64,000 nt of DNA from a virus (IMGVR_UViG_3300010366_000012:1-64000); one strand, 5' to 3'; counted from the first letter of the stretch, positions 25,686 through 35,858 are shown. Notes: generated from the sequence alone by a model not told the origin. Translations and numbers: made by a program.

Positions 25686-26203
25686 CGACGCCGACCGCGG
25701 CTCTCTACGCCGATGTCTCTGACCTGCGCCTGGTGCTGGACAGCACCGACGCGGGCACGGGCACGGCTGCCCAGCTGCCAGATGACCAGCTGACTCTCGC
25801 GCTGCAGGAAGCCAGCGACCGGGTGAGCCTGTACACCGGCTCGGTCTACGACCCGGCCAGCGTGCCCAGCATCATCCGCAGCCTGACCCTCGACCTGGCC
25901 GCCTGGTGGGCATGGACCTACTACAGCAAGTCCAAGGAAATGGGTCCGAACCACCCGGTGGTGCTGCGGTACACCGAGGCCAAGAACGTGCTGGAGTCCA
26001 TCCGCAAGGGCGAGATCTCCATCGACGTCGGCGGGGTCGAGGCCGCCGCGACTGCCCATGTGATCAACACGATCCCCAACATCTTCAGCCCCGAGGACAG
26101 CAACACCCGCTATGACCGCAGCACTGGCTACCTGGCCGTGGACACGCCACCGGACTCTGGCCCCGGCCGCCGTTCCCTGCTGGATCAGTGGGGGCCGTAC
26201 TGA
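25682..26203 (+). CDS. Head-tail adaptor (Mu gp36/DUF1320-like)
   Basis: YADVSDLR...ALQEASDRVSLY...LTLDLAAW...RYTEAKNVLESIRKGEISI pattern. Confidence 0.8.
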   Translation: MTTPTAALYADVSDLRLVLDSTDAGTGTAAQLPDDQLTLALQEASDRVSLYTGSVYDPASVPSIIRSLTLDLAAWWAWTYYSKSKEMGPNHPVVLRYTEAKNVLESIRKGEISIDVGGVEAAATAHVINTIPNIFSPEDSNTRYDRSTGYLAVDTPPDSGPGRRSLLDQWGPY

Positions 26204-26724
26204 TGCCCGGCACCGCCGCGCTGCGGCTGCGCGAGCTGCTGGACCGCACGCACAGCGGGACCGGCCTGCTGGAGGGCTCGGTCACCGTGGATCAGGTCTA
26301 TGCCCACTACCAGCATGAGCGGCTGGACCTGCATCACCCGCGCGGCGGTGAGGCGAAGTACCTGGAGCGACCGCTGTTCGAGCACTTCGCCAGCTACCTC
26401 ACTGCCATCGCCGCTGGCTACCTCGATGACGGCGGCGAGCGGGCGATGTCCCGCTCGATGGAGCACCTGTCCGACCAGGCCGAGCTGCGTGCGCCGTGGG
26501 AGTTCGGTGACCTGATGCACTCCGGCCATCCGCAGGTCACCCGGGGGATGCGCGACGTTTATGACCGGCCGCCGAAGCGGCACCGGCTGACGAAGCCCGA
26601 GCTGCAGCTGAAGGCCACCTGGCGGCTGGACCGGCCGGACATGCGCAACCTCAAAGGCTGGATCTACTGGCACTGCACGGTGAGGGGCCGGATGGGCCTG
26701 CCGCCGCCGAGGCGGTCGTCATGA
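26203..26724 (+). CDS. Neck/tail-completion protein (HK97 gp10-like)
   Basis: 'VYAHYQHE...HPRGGEAKYLERP' motif; position after the adaptor. Confidence 0.7.
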   Translation: MPGTAALRLRELLDRTHSGTGLLEGSVTVDQVYAHYQHERLDLHHPRGGEAKYLERPLFEHFASYLTAIAAGYLDDGGERAMSRSMEHLSDQAELRAPWEFGDLMHSGHPQVTRGMRDVYDRPPKRHRLTKPELQLKATWRLDRPDMRNLKGWIYWHCTVRGRMGLPPPRRSS

Positions 26725-27131
26725 CCGCGCAGACAAAAGTGATCATCGACTTCATCACAGGGCTCGGGTGGGATGACCGCCAGGAGCTGGGCTACCCGCT
26801 GTTCCCCGGCCCGTATGTCCCCGACGAGCCCGATCGCTGTGTCGTGGTCACCGGGGGCAGCGGGCCGGGCTACCTCACCGAAGAGCCCGCCACGGACGGC
26901 TCGAACTTCCAGGCCCGCATCCGGGGGCCGCAGGAGTCACCGTTCGAGGCCGAAGAGGTGGCCCAGCTGCTCGACGCGCTGATCCTGGGTGCCCGCTTCC
27001 CGGTGCAGGTGGACGGGACGTGGATCGTCCACTGCTCGCGCATCGGCTCCGGCCCGACCCCGCTGCCCTGGAACCCGGCTGACCGGCGCACCGAGCTGAC
27101 CAGCAACTACCTGATCGTGACGGGAGTCTGA
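26721..27131 (+). CDS. Tail terminator-like protein
   Basis: 136 aa; 'PDEPDRCVVVT...NFQARIRG' pattern; position before the tail tube gene. Confidence 0.75.
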   Translation: MTAQTKVIIDFITGLGWDDRQELGYPLFPGPYVPDEPDRCVVVTGGSGPGYLTEEPATDGSNFQARIRGPQESPFEAEEVAQLLDALILGARFPVQVDGTWIVHCSRIGSGPTPLPWNPADRRTELTSNYLIVTGV

Positions 27132-27132
27132 C

Positions 27133-27609
27133 ATGGCCACTGGACCGCGGGTCACGTTGCAGCCGATCCCCTTCAACCTCGGTGCGCCCGGGGCCACCTA
27201 CATTGTCGCCACCACGCCCGGCTACGACCTCGGCTCGCCATCCGCGATCACTGCCTGGAGCACCACGCTCGGCGTGATGATCCCCAACCCGTCCGGCAAC
27301 GTCATCCTCGGCTATGCCTGCGGAGCCACGCTAGGCGGCACCTGCCAGGTGCTGGTCGGGGACGTGGTGGATGGCACGGTGCTGCCTGCCACCCAGCGCC
27401 AGTACACGATCGCCGCCAACAGCCAGGGCTGGCTCGGCCCGTGGTCCCCGCAGACCGTCAACCAGCAGGCCCCGACCGCCGTGACCTATGCCGGGGCGAT
27501 CAACACCCAGGCCCTGACCGCCGCGGCGCAGGGCTGCGTGGTCATCGACTTCACCACGACCACCACGCTGGCCGTCCGCGCCTACTCCCTGATTCCGGTC
27601 CTGCCGTAG
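27133..27609 (+). CDS. Hypothetical virion protein
   Basis: 158 aa beta-rich ORF within the tail operon. Confidence 0.7.
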   Translation: MATGPRVTLQPIPFNLGAPGATYIVATTPGYDLGSPSAITAWSTTLGVMIPNPSGNVILGYACGATLGGTCQVLVGDVVDGTVLPATQRQYTIAANSQGWLGPWSPQTVNQQAPTAVTYAGAINTQALTAAAQGCVVIDFTTTTTLAVRAYSLIPVLP

Positions 27610-27619
27610 GAGGCCAGCA

Positions 27620-27910
27620 ATGACCGAGCCCGCACAGCCCGCCAAGGCCGCCGCGGCACCCAGCAAGCCCGCCACCGGCCCGCTGTCCGCGGCCGAGCAG
27701 GACCAGCTCACCACGCTGCAGGCTCGCCAGGCTGCTGCCGCCGTGGCCGCTGGCGAGGCGGTCGTGATGAAGGTCGGGGGCGGCCACGAGTCCATCACCT
27801 ACGGCGGCGTGACCGTCACCACCGAGCCCACCACCGTGCCCGCAGGCATGGCCGCCGCCCTGGTCGAGGCGGCGGCTGATGCGGGCGTGACGATCACCCA
27901 GGAGAGCTGA
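27620..27910 (+). CDS. Hypothetical virion-region protein
   Basis: AGGAGG RBS; 96 aa. Confidence 0.7.
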   Translation: MTEPAQPAKAAAAPSKPATGPLSAAEQDQLTTLQARQAAAAVAAGEAVVMKVGGGHESITYGGVTVTTEPTTVPAGMAAALVEAAADAGVTITQES

Positions 27911-27911
27911 C

Positions 27912-28520
27912 ATGGCCGGTCCGCCACTCGTCTACACCCCGCCGTCCTACACGACGACAAATGTCTTGTACGGAGTAGGAATACTGTTCACCGCCATCCC
28001 GGGCACCGCGCTGCCCAGCGATCAGAACCTGGGCGTGGCATCGGCCTGGACCGCGCTGGGCTGGGCGTATGTCGGCGCGACCGAGGCGGGCGTGACCGTC
28101 ACGTTCAACCCCTCGACCCAGGACATCAATGTCGAGGAACAGCCGACGCCCGTCGCGGTGATCGTCAACACGGCCACGCTGCAGATCACCTGCTCGCTGT
28201 CAGAAGAGACGCTGACCAACGTCAATCTCGCCTGGGGCAACGGGGGCAGCGTGGCGGTGACCCCGGCCGGGGCAGGCCAGCCGGGCAAGTCGGTGCTCAC
28301 GCTCTCCACCAACTTCGCCTCGATGGCCTGCGCGGTGATCGGCAAGAACCAGTCCGGCTTCGCCCGGGTGCTGTCGGTCCCGTCCGTCATGAGCGCGGGC
28401 CAGGTGCAGACCGCCTACCGCAGGGCTGCCCAGCAGCGGCTGTACCCGCTCACGCTCAATGCTGTCTGCCCGTTCAGCCAGATCACCTGGACCGACCTGA
28501 CCGCCATTGCCACCAGCTAG
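27912..28520 (+). CDS. Major tail (tube) protein
   Basis: 'WAYVGATEAGVTVTF...DINVEEQPTPV...LSEETLTN' siphovirus tail-tube pattern. Confidence 0.88.
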   Translation: MAGPPLVYTPPSYTTTNVLYGVGILFTAIPGTALPSDQNLGVASAWTALGWAYVGATEAGVTVTFNPSTQDINVEEQPTPVAVIVNTATLQITCSLSEETLTNVNLAWGNGGSVAVTPAGAGQPGKSVLTLSTNFASMACAVIGKNQSGFARVLSVPSVMSAGQVQTAYRRAAQQRLYPLTLNAVCPFSQITWTDLTAIATS

Positions 28521-28530
28521 GGAGCTGCCC

Positions 28531-28962
28531 ATGCCGTCGTTCGATGCCGGGGCCGTTGTCGAGGCGCTCACATGGGATTTTCACGGGGCCGGAGTCAAGG
28601 CGAAGGGCACCATTCCCGAGCCGACCGACCGGGCGATCGGGGACTTCCTCGACGGCCTGCGCAAGCTGTACACCGAGGCGCAGGGCACCGCGAGCATGCC
28701 CGAGAACGCCACGCCCGATCAGATGCTCGAAGCCCTCTCGTCCCTGACCGGCGACAAGTTCGTCAAGTTCATGGCCGACACCGCGCAGCTGTTCGCAGAC
28801 CTGTGCGGCGGCAGGCCATCCCAGGAGCAGCTGCTCGGGCTCCCGATGCGCGTGCGCGTGGCGTTCTACAGCTGGCTGCAGTCCGAGGTGGTGTCCCCGG
28901 AAGCCGGACCCGGCGCTGGAACAGCGGTAGTGAGATCGCTGCCTACCGCCAGCGCCGGATAG
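28531..28962 (+). CDS. Tail assembly chaperone (G)
   Basis: Lies between the tail tube and tape measure genes; ATG 28531 after GGGAG. Confidence 0.8.
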   Translation: MPSFDAGAVVEALTWDFHGAGVKAKGTIPEPTDRAIGDFLDGLRKLYTEAQGTASMPENATPDQMLEALSSLTGDKFVKFMADTAQLFADLCGGRPSQEQLLGLPMRVRVAFYSWLQSEVVSPEAGPGAGTAVVRSLPTASAG

Positions 28963-29213
28963 AGCTGTTCATCGCCCGGCGCTACTTCCAGCTCAGCCCG
29001 GACGAGTGGGACGCGCTGCCGTGGGACATTCACCGCGCCTACCTGGACGGCCTGCAAGAGGACGGCACGCTGACCCGCGAAGAGGGCGAGGCGATGCCGA
29101 GCGCAGCTGAGGGCGGGCCGCAGCAGCGCACCGCGCAGACCGCTACCGACGTGATCTCGCTCAGTGACATGCGCGCCGAGCTGGAGCAACGGAAGCGGGG
29201 GGAGGTGACCTGA
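28896..29213 (+). CDS. Tail assembly chaperone -1 frameshift extension (GT)
   Basis: The -1 frame reads ...IELFIARRYFQLSPDEWDALPWDIHRAYLDGL; no separate start seen; candidate slip site C CCG GAA at 28896-28902. Confidence 0.6.
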   Translation, partial: PGSRTRRWNSGSEIAAYRQRRIELFIARRYFQLSPDEWDALPWDIHRAYLDGLQEDGTLTREEGEAMPSAAEGGPQQRTAQTATDVISLSDMRAELEQRKRGEVT

Positions 29214-32200
29214 TTGACATTCGATGCCGGGACGATCATCGCCCGGATGGATCTTGATGACGACGAGTTCGACCGCAAGATGCGCGCCGACGTCGAGCGC
29301 ATCGAGGCGTTCGAGCGTAAAGAGCACGAGATCAGGCTCACCCCCCGGATAGACCAGCACGCCGAGCAGGAAGTCCGCCGCAGCTTCGAGCGGATGGACC
29401 GGCAGGCCACGGCGGACGCGCACCGCCGCGGCGGGGTGTTCAGCATGCTGGGCGGCCTGTTCGGCGGCGGTGGCGGTGGCCGCGGTGGCGGTCCCGGCAT
29501 CCTGGGCGGGCTGGCGGGGGCGGCCGGGCCGGGGCTGAACACGGGGCTGGCTTCCCGGCTGGTCAGCACCCGGACCGCGCTGATTGCGGGCGGCGGCGGC
29601 ATTGGCCTGGGCGCGCTCCCCGCGCTGGCCGCACCGCTGCTGGCGGGTGGCGTGGGCGCGGCGGGGGTTGGCGTGGCCGCGCTGGGCGCGCACCTGCTGA
29701 TCGGGTCCAAGCAGAAGCCCGGAGAGCTATATCAGCCTGCCCAGCAGGCCATGAAGCAGATCCAGAAGGCGTTCCAGCAGGACGCCGAGCCGCTGGTCGC
29801 GCCGCTGAAGCGGGCCTTCCGCGAGATCCCGCAGCTGCTGCACTCGCTGGCCCCCGCCTTCCACCAGCTCTTCGCCGGGGCGGCCACGCTGATCCAGCCC
29901 GTCCTGCACGGGCTGCATGACCTGGCCATCCAGGTGCTCCCGCTGCTGGGCAAGGCGTTCCGGGCGGTCGCTCCGCTGCTCCAGCCGCTGCTGGGCTGGC
30001 TGGGCCAGGCGCTTGGCGGGATCTTGCGCGGGGCCATCCCGCTGCTGCACGCGGCAGCGCCCGCGGTGGCTGCGTTTGGTAAGGTTCTTGCTACTCTCGG
30101 TAGTGGGATCGGCGGGCTGCTCCGCAACATGGCCCCCGCGATCAAGGCCAGCTCGATCATCTTCAAGGGGCTGGGCGATCTTCTCGGGGCCATCTTCCCG
30201 ATCGTCGGCAAGCTGGCCTCGGCCTTCGCCCGCAATCTCGCGCCCGTGTTCACCCAGCTCGTCGGCGTGGTCCGCCAGCTCCTGCCGTTCCTGCGGCCCA
30301 TCGGTGACCTGTTCGCCAAGCTCGCGGGTGCCGTGCTCCGTGATCTTGTCGCGCTGCTCCGGCCGCTGGCCCAGCTGCTGGTCCGCATCGCGCCGTCCTT
30401 CGACACCCTGGCCAAGGCCCTCGGGCAGGCGTTCGACGTACTCGAAAACAGTGGCGTATTCGGCGTGCTAGCTGGTGCGCTGGAGCGGATGGTCGGCCCG
30501 CTGTCCAAGCTCGTCAACGATCTTGTCGATAAGCTCGCGCCCTACCTGCCGCAGATCATCCAGGGCTTCGCTGACTTCCTCAACATCATGGTCACGCTGG
30601 CCGCGGCCGGGCTCACCGGAGTGGTCAACGCCCTCGACTGGATGGTCAACAACATCCCCGGGCTGATCCCGATCATCCTGGCCACTGTCGGGGCCTGGAA
30701 GGCATACCAGGTGGTCAGCGGCATCATCACCGGGGTCAAGAACGCGGTCAAGCTGCTGACCGCCGAGGAAACGATCAACAAGATCAAGTCGGTGGCCGAC
30801 ATCACCGTCAAGATCGCCAAGGTCATCTGGAGCACCGCGGTGATGGTGGCGCAGTACGCCATCCAGGCTGCTGCGGCCACGGCGGCCTTCATCGCGGAGA
30901 ACGCGGCCACCCTCGGCATCATCGCCGGGATCGCCCTGCTGATCGGGGCGATCATCTTCCTGGCCACGCACTGGAAGCAGGTCTGGCACGTCATCGTCAC
31001 GGTGGCCAAGGACGTCTGGGACTTCCTGACCCACGGCTGGGGCCAGTTCCTGATCCCGGGGCTCTACCTGATCCGCAAGGTGGTCGAGTTCGTCCGCGAT
31101 CACTGGAAACAGGCGTGGGACGACATCACGGGCGTGGCGAAGGCGTTCTGGCACTACATCTGGGATGACTTCGGGGCCAAGATCCTCAACTTCTTCACCA
31201 GCACCCTGCCCAACGCCTTCCGCGATGCGGTCAAGTTCATCGGCCAGCACTGGGACGACATCAAGAAGATCATCACCGCGCCGGTCAAGTTCCTGGTGGA
31301 CAACGTGCTCGACGGGCTGATCCGGGTGTTCGACTGGATCACCTCCAAGGTCGGCCTGGGCAAGCCGATCAGGGAGGTTCACCCGTTCGGGCTGCGCACG
31401 GGCGGGCACATCCCCGGCTACGGCGGCGGGGACCGGCACCTGGCGCTGCTGGAGGGCGGCGAGGCGGTCGTCAGCAAGGAGACGACCCGGGCGCACGCAT
31501 CCGAGCTGGCGGCCTGGGGCGTGCCCGGCTTCCAGCAGGGCGGGCCGGTCGGCGGCACGTCGCGGCTCAGGTCGCTGGAGCGGGCCAGCCACCGCTCCGG
31601 GGGCTGGCTCGGGGACGCGGCCAACGTGGCCACCGGCTTCATCGGCAGTGTGATCCACAAGGCCGGGGACGTCGCCAAGATCACCGCCGCGATCTTCAGC
31701 GGCAACATGACCGCGCTGACCAATGCCATCACCGACATGCTCGGGGCCAAGGTCAGCGGGGCAGTCGGCGTGATGGGCCAGATCGTCACCGCCCTCCCCA
31801 AGACCTTGATCCACAACATCGCCCGGTACTTCATCGGCCAGGGCGCGGGCAGCAACAGCGCGATCGTCAAGTTCGCGGAGTCCTTCATCGGCAAGGTGCC
31901 CTACGTCTGGGGCGGCACGACCCCGCAGGGCTGGGACTGCTCCGGGTTCGTGAAGTACGTCTACAACCACTTCGGCTACCAGCCGCCGCGCACCGCCGCC
32001 CAGCAGTTCGGCTGGGTCCAGCGGACCGGGCGGCCGACCCCGGGCGGGCTGGCGTTCTTCGCGGGCGCGGACGGCACCGCAGCCGTCCCCGGGCACGTCG
32101 GCATCCCGATCAGCGCGACCCACATGGTCAACGCCTACACGACCGGGACCAACACGATCATCAGCCCGATCCGCGGCTCGGCCGGGGCGATCTCCGGGTA

Positions 32201-32786
32201 CGGCGTCCCGCCAGGCGGCTTCCGCCGCGCCCTCGGGGCGGGCTCGGGCAACTGGACCCTCGGCGGGCTGGAGCGGCTGTGGATGTCGGCGGGCGGGCCA
32301 GCACGGGCCGCGCACATAGCCGCCGCGATAGCCCTGGCCGAGAGCGGCGGGAACCCACGGGCGCGCAACCCCTCAGGTGCATCGGGCCTGTGGCAGATCC
32401 TGGGCCAGGTGTTCCCCGGCAACATCTTCAATCCCTTCATCAACGCCCGTAACGCGGTGCGCAAGTATTACCAGGCGTGGGGCTTCAGCCCGTGGGTGAC
32501 CTGGACGTCCGGGGCTTACCGCCAGTACATGGACAACGGGGGCTGGCTGCAGCCGGGCGTCACGCTCAATAACACGCGCCAGCCTGAGGCGGTCCTCAAT
32601 CCCGAGCAGAGCGCGGCGTTCCTGCGGCTCGCGGAGACGGCGGGCCGCGGCGGGCTGGAAGCCAAGCTGGAGCGCCTCATCAAGGCGGTCGAGCAGAACG
32701 CCGCGCAGACCGCGGACGGGCTGGCTGCCGTGCTCAACGGCTCGGCCCGCAAGGCCATCTACTCCGCTGCCTACCAGGTGAGGTGA
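29214..32786 (+). CDS. Tape measure protein with C-terminal NlpC/P60 and lytic transglycosylase domains
   Basis: 1190 aa with long helical repeats; PYVWGG...WDCSG...GHVGI (NlpC/P60); AIALAESGGNPRARN...SGLWQI (transglycosylase). Confidence 0.95.
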   Translation: MTFDAGTIIARMDLDDDEFDRKMRADVERIEAFERKEHEIRLTPRIDQHAEQEVRRSFERMDRQATADAHRRGGVFSMLGGLFGGGGGGRGGGPGILGGLAGAAGPGLNTGLASRLVSTRTALIAGGGGIGLGALPALAAPLLAGGVGAAGVGVAALGAHLLIGSKQKPGELYQPAQQAMKQIQKAFQQDAEPLVAPLKRAFREIPQLLHSLAPAFHQLFAGAATLIQPVLHGLHDLAIQVLPLLGKAFRAVAPLLQPLLGWLGQALGGILRGAIPLLHAAAPAVAAFGKVLATLGSGIGGLLRNMAPAIKASSIIFKGLGDLLGAIFPIVGKLASAFARNLAPVFTQLVGVVRQLLPFLRPIGDLFAKLAGAVLRDLVALLRPLAQLLVRIAPSFDTLAKALGQAFDVLENSGVFGVLAGALERMVGPLSKLVNDLVDKLAPYLPQIIQGFADFLNIMVTLAAAGLTGVVNALDWMVNNIPGLIPIILATVGAWKAYQVVSGIITGVKNAVKLLTAEETINKIKSVADITVKIAKVIWSTAVMVAQYAIQAAAATAAFIAENAATLGIIAGIALLIGAIIFLATHWKQVWHVIVTVAKDVWDFLTHGWGQFLIPGLYLIRKVVEFVRDHWKQAWDDITGVAKAFWHYIWDDFGAKILNFFTSTLPNAFRDAVKFIGQHWDDIKKIITAPVKFLVDNVLDGLIRVFDWITSKVGLGKPIREVHPFGLRTGGHIPGYGGGDRHLALLEGGEAVVSKETTRAHASELAAWGVPGFQQGGPVGGTSRLRSLERASHRSGGWLGDAANVATGFIGSVIHKAGDVAKITAAIFSGNMTALTNAITDMLGAKVSGAVGVMGQIVTALPKTLIHNIARYFIGQGAGSNSAIVKFAESFIGKVPYVWGGTTPQGWDCSGFVKYVYNHFGYQPPRTAAQQFGWVQRTGRPTPGGLAFFAGADGTAAVPGHVGIPISATHMVNAYTTGTNTIISPIRGSAGAISGYGVPPGGFRRALGAGSGNWTLGGLERLWMSAGGPARAAHIAAAIALAESGGNPRARNPSGASGLWQILGQVFPGNIFNPFINARNAVRKYYQAWGFSPWVTWTSGAYRQYMDNGGWLQPGVTLNNTRQPEAVLNPEQSAAFLRLAETAGRGGLEAKLERLIKAVEQNAAQTADGLAAVLNGSARKAIYSAAYQVR

Positions 32787-32789
32787 GCG

Positions 32790-35700
32790 GTGTCTGACTC
32801 CCTGGTGCTCGGCATGATCGAGGTGCTGTCCGGTGGCGTGCCGTGCGGGCTGCCGCAGTGCCCCAACGCGATCTTCCGGCTCGGCACCGGCTTCTCCCTG
32901 TCCGCGCCGCAGTGGACGTCCGACAAGGTGGCCGGGCTGCTGCTGGACGGGGAGCAGATCACCAACCTGCGGGCATCCAACCGGCAGCCAGTCATCCCGG
33001 TCACGATCCTGGTGCCCTCAACCGGCGACATCATGGCCGACCGGACCACCCTGGCCACGGCCCGCGAGATCTTGCTGATGACCTGCTCGCAGGAGAACTG
33101 GCAGCTCACCTGGACTCGTGACGGCGGTGACCCGCTGGTGTTCGACTGCCAGGGCGTCAGCTCGACGGTGGTCGCCTACAGCCAGCCGCTGGACTGGGGC
33201 CTGGTGTCCCTGGTCGAGATCAGCTGTGAGGCGTTCCCGTTCGGGCACAGCGAGGACCAGGAGGCCATCGCGCTCACCAGCCCGAGCACGATGTGGGACT
33301 TGCCCCCGGCCCCGGTCACCCTGGACGACTACAACACCGCCTCGAACTACCTGCAGGGCAACTGGGTCTACTCGACCTGGGACACCACGACATTCGACAA
33401 CGGGATCTCCACCTGGCTCGATGTCAGCGGCCACGCCACTATTGCCCGCACCACCGCTCAGGCTCACTCTGGCACGGGGTCGCTGGCGGTCACCTGCTCG
33501 GTGGCCGGGAGCATGAGCGTGGCGCACAACGCGGGCGCGAATGCCACGGGCGGGCAGTTCCTGCCGGTCAACCCGGGCGACACGGTGACTGTGCGCGGGT
33601 GGTGGCGCGCGGCGGCAACGCCTCGCTCGGTCAACATCGGGGCTGACTTTTACAACAACAACGGGGTGCAGGTCGGGGGCACGCTGCGCGGGTCGAACGT
33701 CACCGACTCAACGTCAGCGTGGACGCAGGTCACTGCCAGCCTGACCGCGCCAGCGAACGCGGCCTACTGCCGGGCTAACGCTGAGTGCCAGTCTCCCGTG
33801 CTCAACGAAGTCCACTACCTGGATGACGTGTGGCTGGACGGCGGCGCGATCGAGTCGGCGGTCGGCAGCCAGCAGTGGACGCAGAGCACCGTCGTCGCCT
33901 CCGGCACCCGCAGCGCCCGGTGGTCCCGGGCCTGGCACAGCGCGCCCACCTACGACTCCCCGACGATTGCCTCGTCCAACATCACTGGCCGGACCAAGTT
34001 CACCGTGTTCGTCGGGCTGGCCACGACGGTCAGCCAGTGGAGCACCTGGCACCGGGGCACCGTGCATTTCTCGGTCACCCTGTATGACGCCAGCGGCAAC
34101 TCGATCACCGGCCGGGCCAGGCGGCACTGCTACGCCAGCGCCCTGTCCACCGCGCCGCACTGGCAGCTGGTCACGATCCCGATCCCGCAGGTGGCCTCCG
34201 GCTTTGACTACACGACAGTCAGCCGCTACGCGCTGACCGCGTGGAACAAGGTGGACCCGGGCGGCGGGCTGGTGCTCCAGTCCGGGGCGTTTTTCAACCT
34301 GCCGCAGGCGGTGGCCACCTCGACCGCCAACAACCTGACCCGCGGCGCGCTGCACACCCTGCCGGGCATCATCGGCTCGGCCCGGGGGCCGCTGGGCATC
34401 CAGTGCCAGCCCGGCCCGTCCTCGATCGCCTCAACCGCCGTGTTCACCACGGTGGGCAACAACAACTGGCTGTGCCCGGCCGGGGTCACCCTGGTGTCCA
34501 AGGCCGAGGCGTGGGGAGGTGGCGGGGGCGGCGCGGGCTCGGGCGGGCTCAACAACAACAGCAACGCCGGGGGCGGCGGGGGCGGCGGGGGCGAGTACGC
34601 CCAGGAGATCAACATGCCCGTCACGGCGGGCAACACCTATGTGGCGGTGGTCGGCGCGGCCGGGACGCATGGCGCGATCAACAACCAGGGCAACAACGCG
34701 GGCGACTCCACCTTCACCGCCGCGTCGGGGCCAGTGCTGCGCGCTCATGGCGGCAACGGCGGGGCCACCGTCCCGTCCAATGTCCGGGGCGGCGGCGGCT
34801 CCGGGTCCACCAACTACATCCACTACTCAGGCGGTGATGGCCGCCCGGACAACAACTACGGGGAAACCTTCGGCGGCGGCGGCGGCGGCTCTGGCGGGCC
34901 GACTGGCGCGGGCAACGACGGCGGACACCCGGGCGGGGCCAGCGCGGTCTACCTTGGCGGGCCGGGCGGCGATGGCGGCTGGTCGGACCCGGCCAAGTAC
35001 AACACCGGCCGAGCCCCGAGCGTCGGGCCGGGCGGCGGCGGCGGCGGCGGCGCGTACCGCAACGACAACACCAACTCCGGTGGCGGGGACGGCGCATCTG
35101 GCCAGGTCAAGCTGACCTACGGCGCGTCGGGGATCATCCCGCTGGTGTCGCTGCTCGCGCACATGCCCGACCCCGAGCAGCCCGCGGCGCTGTCCCCGAT
35201 CGTCGCGGTCGGCAACGGCGCAGACACGCCCAACGGCGCGACCGAGTACACGGTGCCCGTGGTCGGCGGGCTGGCAGCCAGGTTCGACGGCAGCTACACG
35301 GTGTTCCTGATCGGCTCGGGCACCTGGGGCTCGCCCACGGTCAGCCGCACCGTGACCGTGCAGATCCGCCAGTACCCCTACAGCGGTGGCACGGCGATCA
35401 CCACCACGCTGAGCAGGACGTTCACGCCCTCGACCGACATCGTGAACGGCTACGTGGACATGGGCCAGATCACGCTCCCGCTGGCCGAGATCGCCACCGG
35501 CAACATCACGGCGGCTTACTTCACCCTGACGGTGACCAGCGGCCAGACGGCCGACCGCTACCTCGATGTCGTGTTCCTCGACACCCAAGGCCAGACGGTG
35601 CTGATCAACACCACGGGCACTGGCTGGAACAACATCTGGATTGACGCGCAGGACCGCGAGCACGACCTGGGCGGGGTCTACGGCTCGGACGCCGACCGGG

Positions 35701-35858
35701 ACCGGGCCTACTCGCTGACCAGCTGGGTTGACCGCTGGCCGGGTGGCGCGTTCATGGTCCGCCCGGACACCCACAACCGGCTGCTGCTGTACGCCCAGCA
35801 GGGCTGCCCGGCCGCCACGCTGACCTACCTGCCGCACTACCTGGTGGACCGGGTATGA
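32790..35858 (+). CDS. Distal tail (Dit)-like protein with carbohydrate-binding-like and Gly-rich insertions
   Basis: Directly after TMP; CBM4/9-like block (AQAHSGTGSL...VNPGDTVTVRGW...WTQVT...HYLDDV); GGGGG-rich block at ~34450-35120. Confidence 0.7.
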   Translation: MSDSLVLGMIEVLSGGVPCGLPQCPNAIFRLGTGFSLSAPQWTSDKVAGLLLDGEQITNLRASNRQPVIPVTILVPSTGDIMADRTTLATAREILLMTCSQENWQLTWTRDGGDPLVFDCQGVSSTVVAYSQPLDWGLVSLVEISCEAFPFGHSEDQEAIALTSPSTMWDLPPAPVTLDDYNTASNYLQGNWVYSTWDTTTFDNGISTWLDVSGHATIARTTAQAHSGTGSLAVTCSVAGSMSVAHNAGANATGGQFLPVNPGDTVTVRGWWRAAATPRSVNIGADFYNNNGVQVGGTLRGSNVTDSTSAWTQVTASLTAPANAAYCRANAECQSPVLNEVHYLDDVWLDGGAIESAVGSQQWTQSTVVASGTRSARWSRAWHSAPTYDSPTIASSNITGRTKFTVFVGLATTVSQWSTWHRGTVHFSVTLYDASGNSITGRARRHCYASALSTAPHWQLVTIPIPQVASGFDYTTVSRYALTAWNKVDPGGGLVLQSGAFFNLPQAVATSTANNLTRGALHTLPGIIGSARGPLGIQCQPGPSSIASTAVFTTVGNNNWLCPAGVTLVSKAEAWGGGGGGAGSGGLNNNSNAGGGGGGGGEYAQEINMPVTAGNTYVAVVGAAGTHGAINNQGNNAGDSTFTAASGPVLRAHGGNGGATVPSNVRGGGGSGSTNYIHYSGGDGRPDNNYGETFGGGGGGSGGPTGAGNDGGHPGGASAVYLGGPGGDGGWSDPAKYNTGRAPSVGPGGGGGGGAYRNDNTNSGGGDGASGQVKLTYGASGIIPLVSLLAHMPDPEQPAALSPIVAVGNGADTPNGATEYTVPVVGGLAARFDGSYTVFLIGSGTWGSPTVSRTVTVQIRQYPYSGGTAITTTLSRTFTPSTDIVNGYVDMGQITLPLAEIATGNITAAYFTLTVTSGQTADRYLDVVFLDTQGQTVLINTTGTGWNNIWIDAQDREHDLGGVYGSDADRDRAYSLTSWVDRWPGGAFMVRPDTHNRLLLYAQQGCPAATLTYLPHYLVDRV

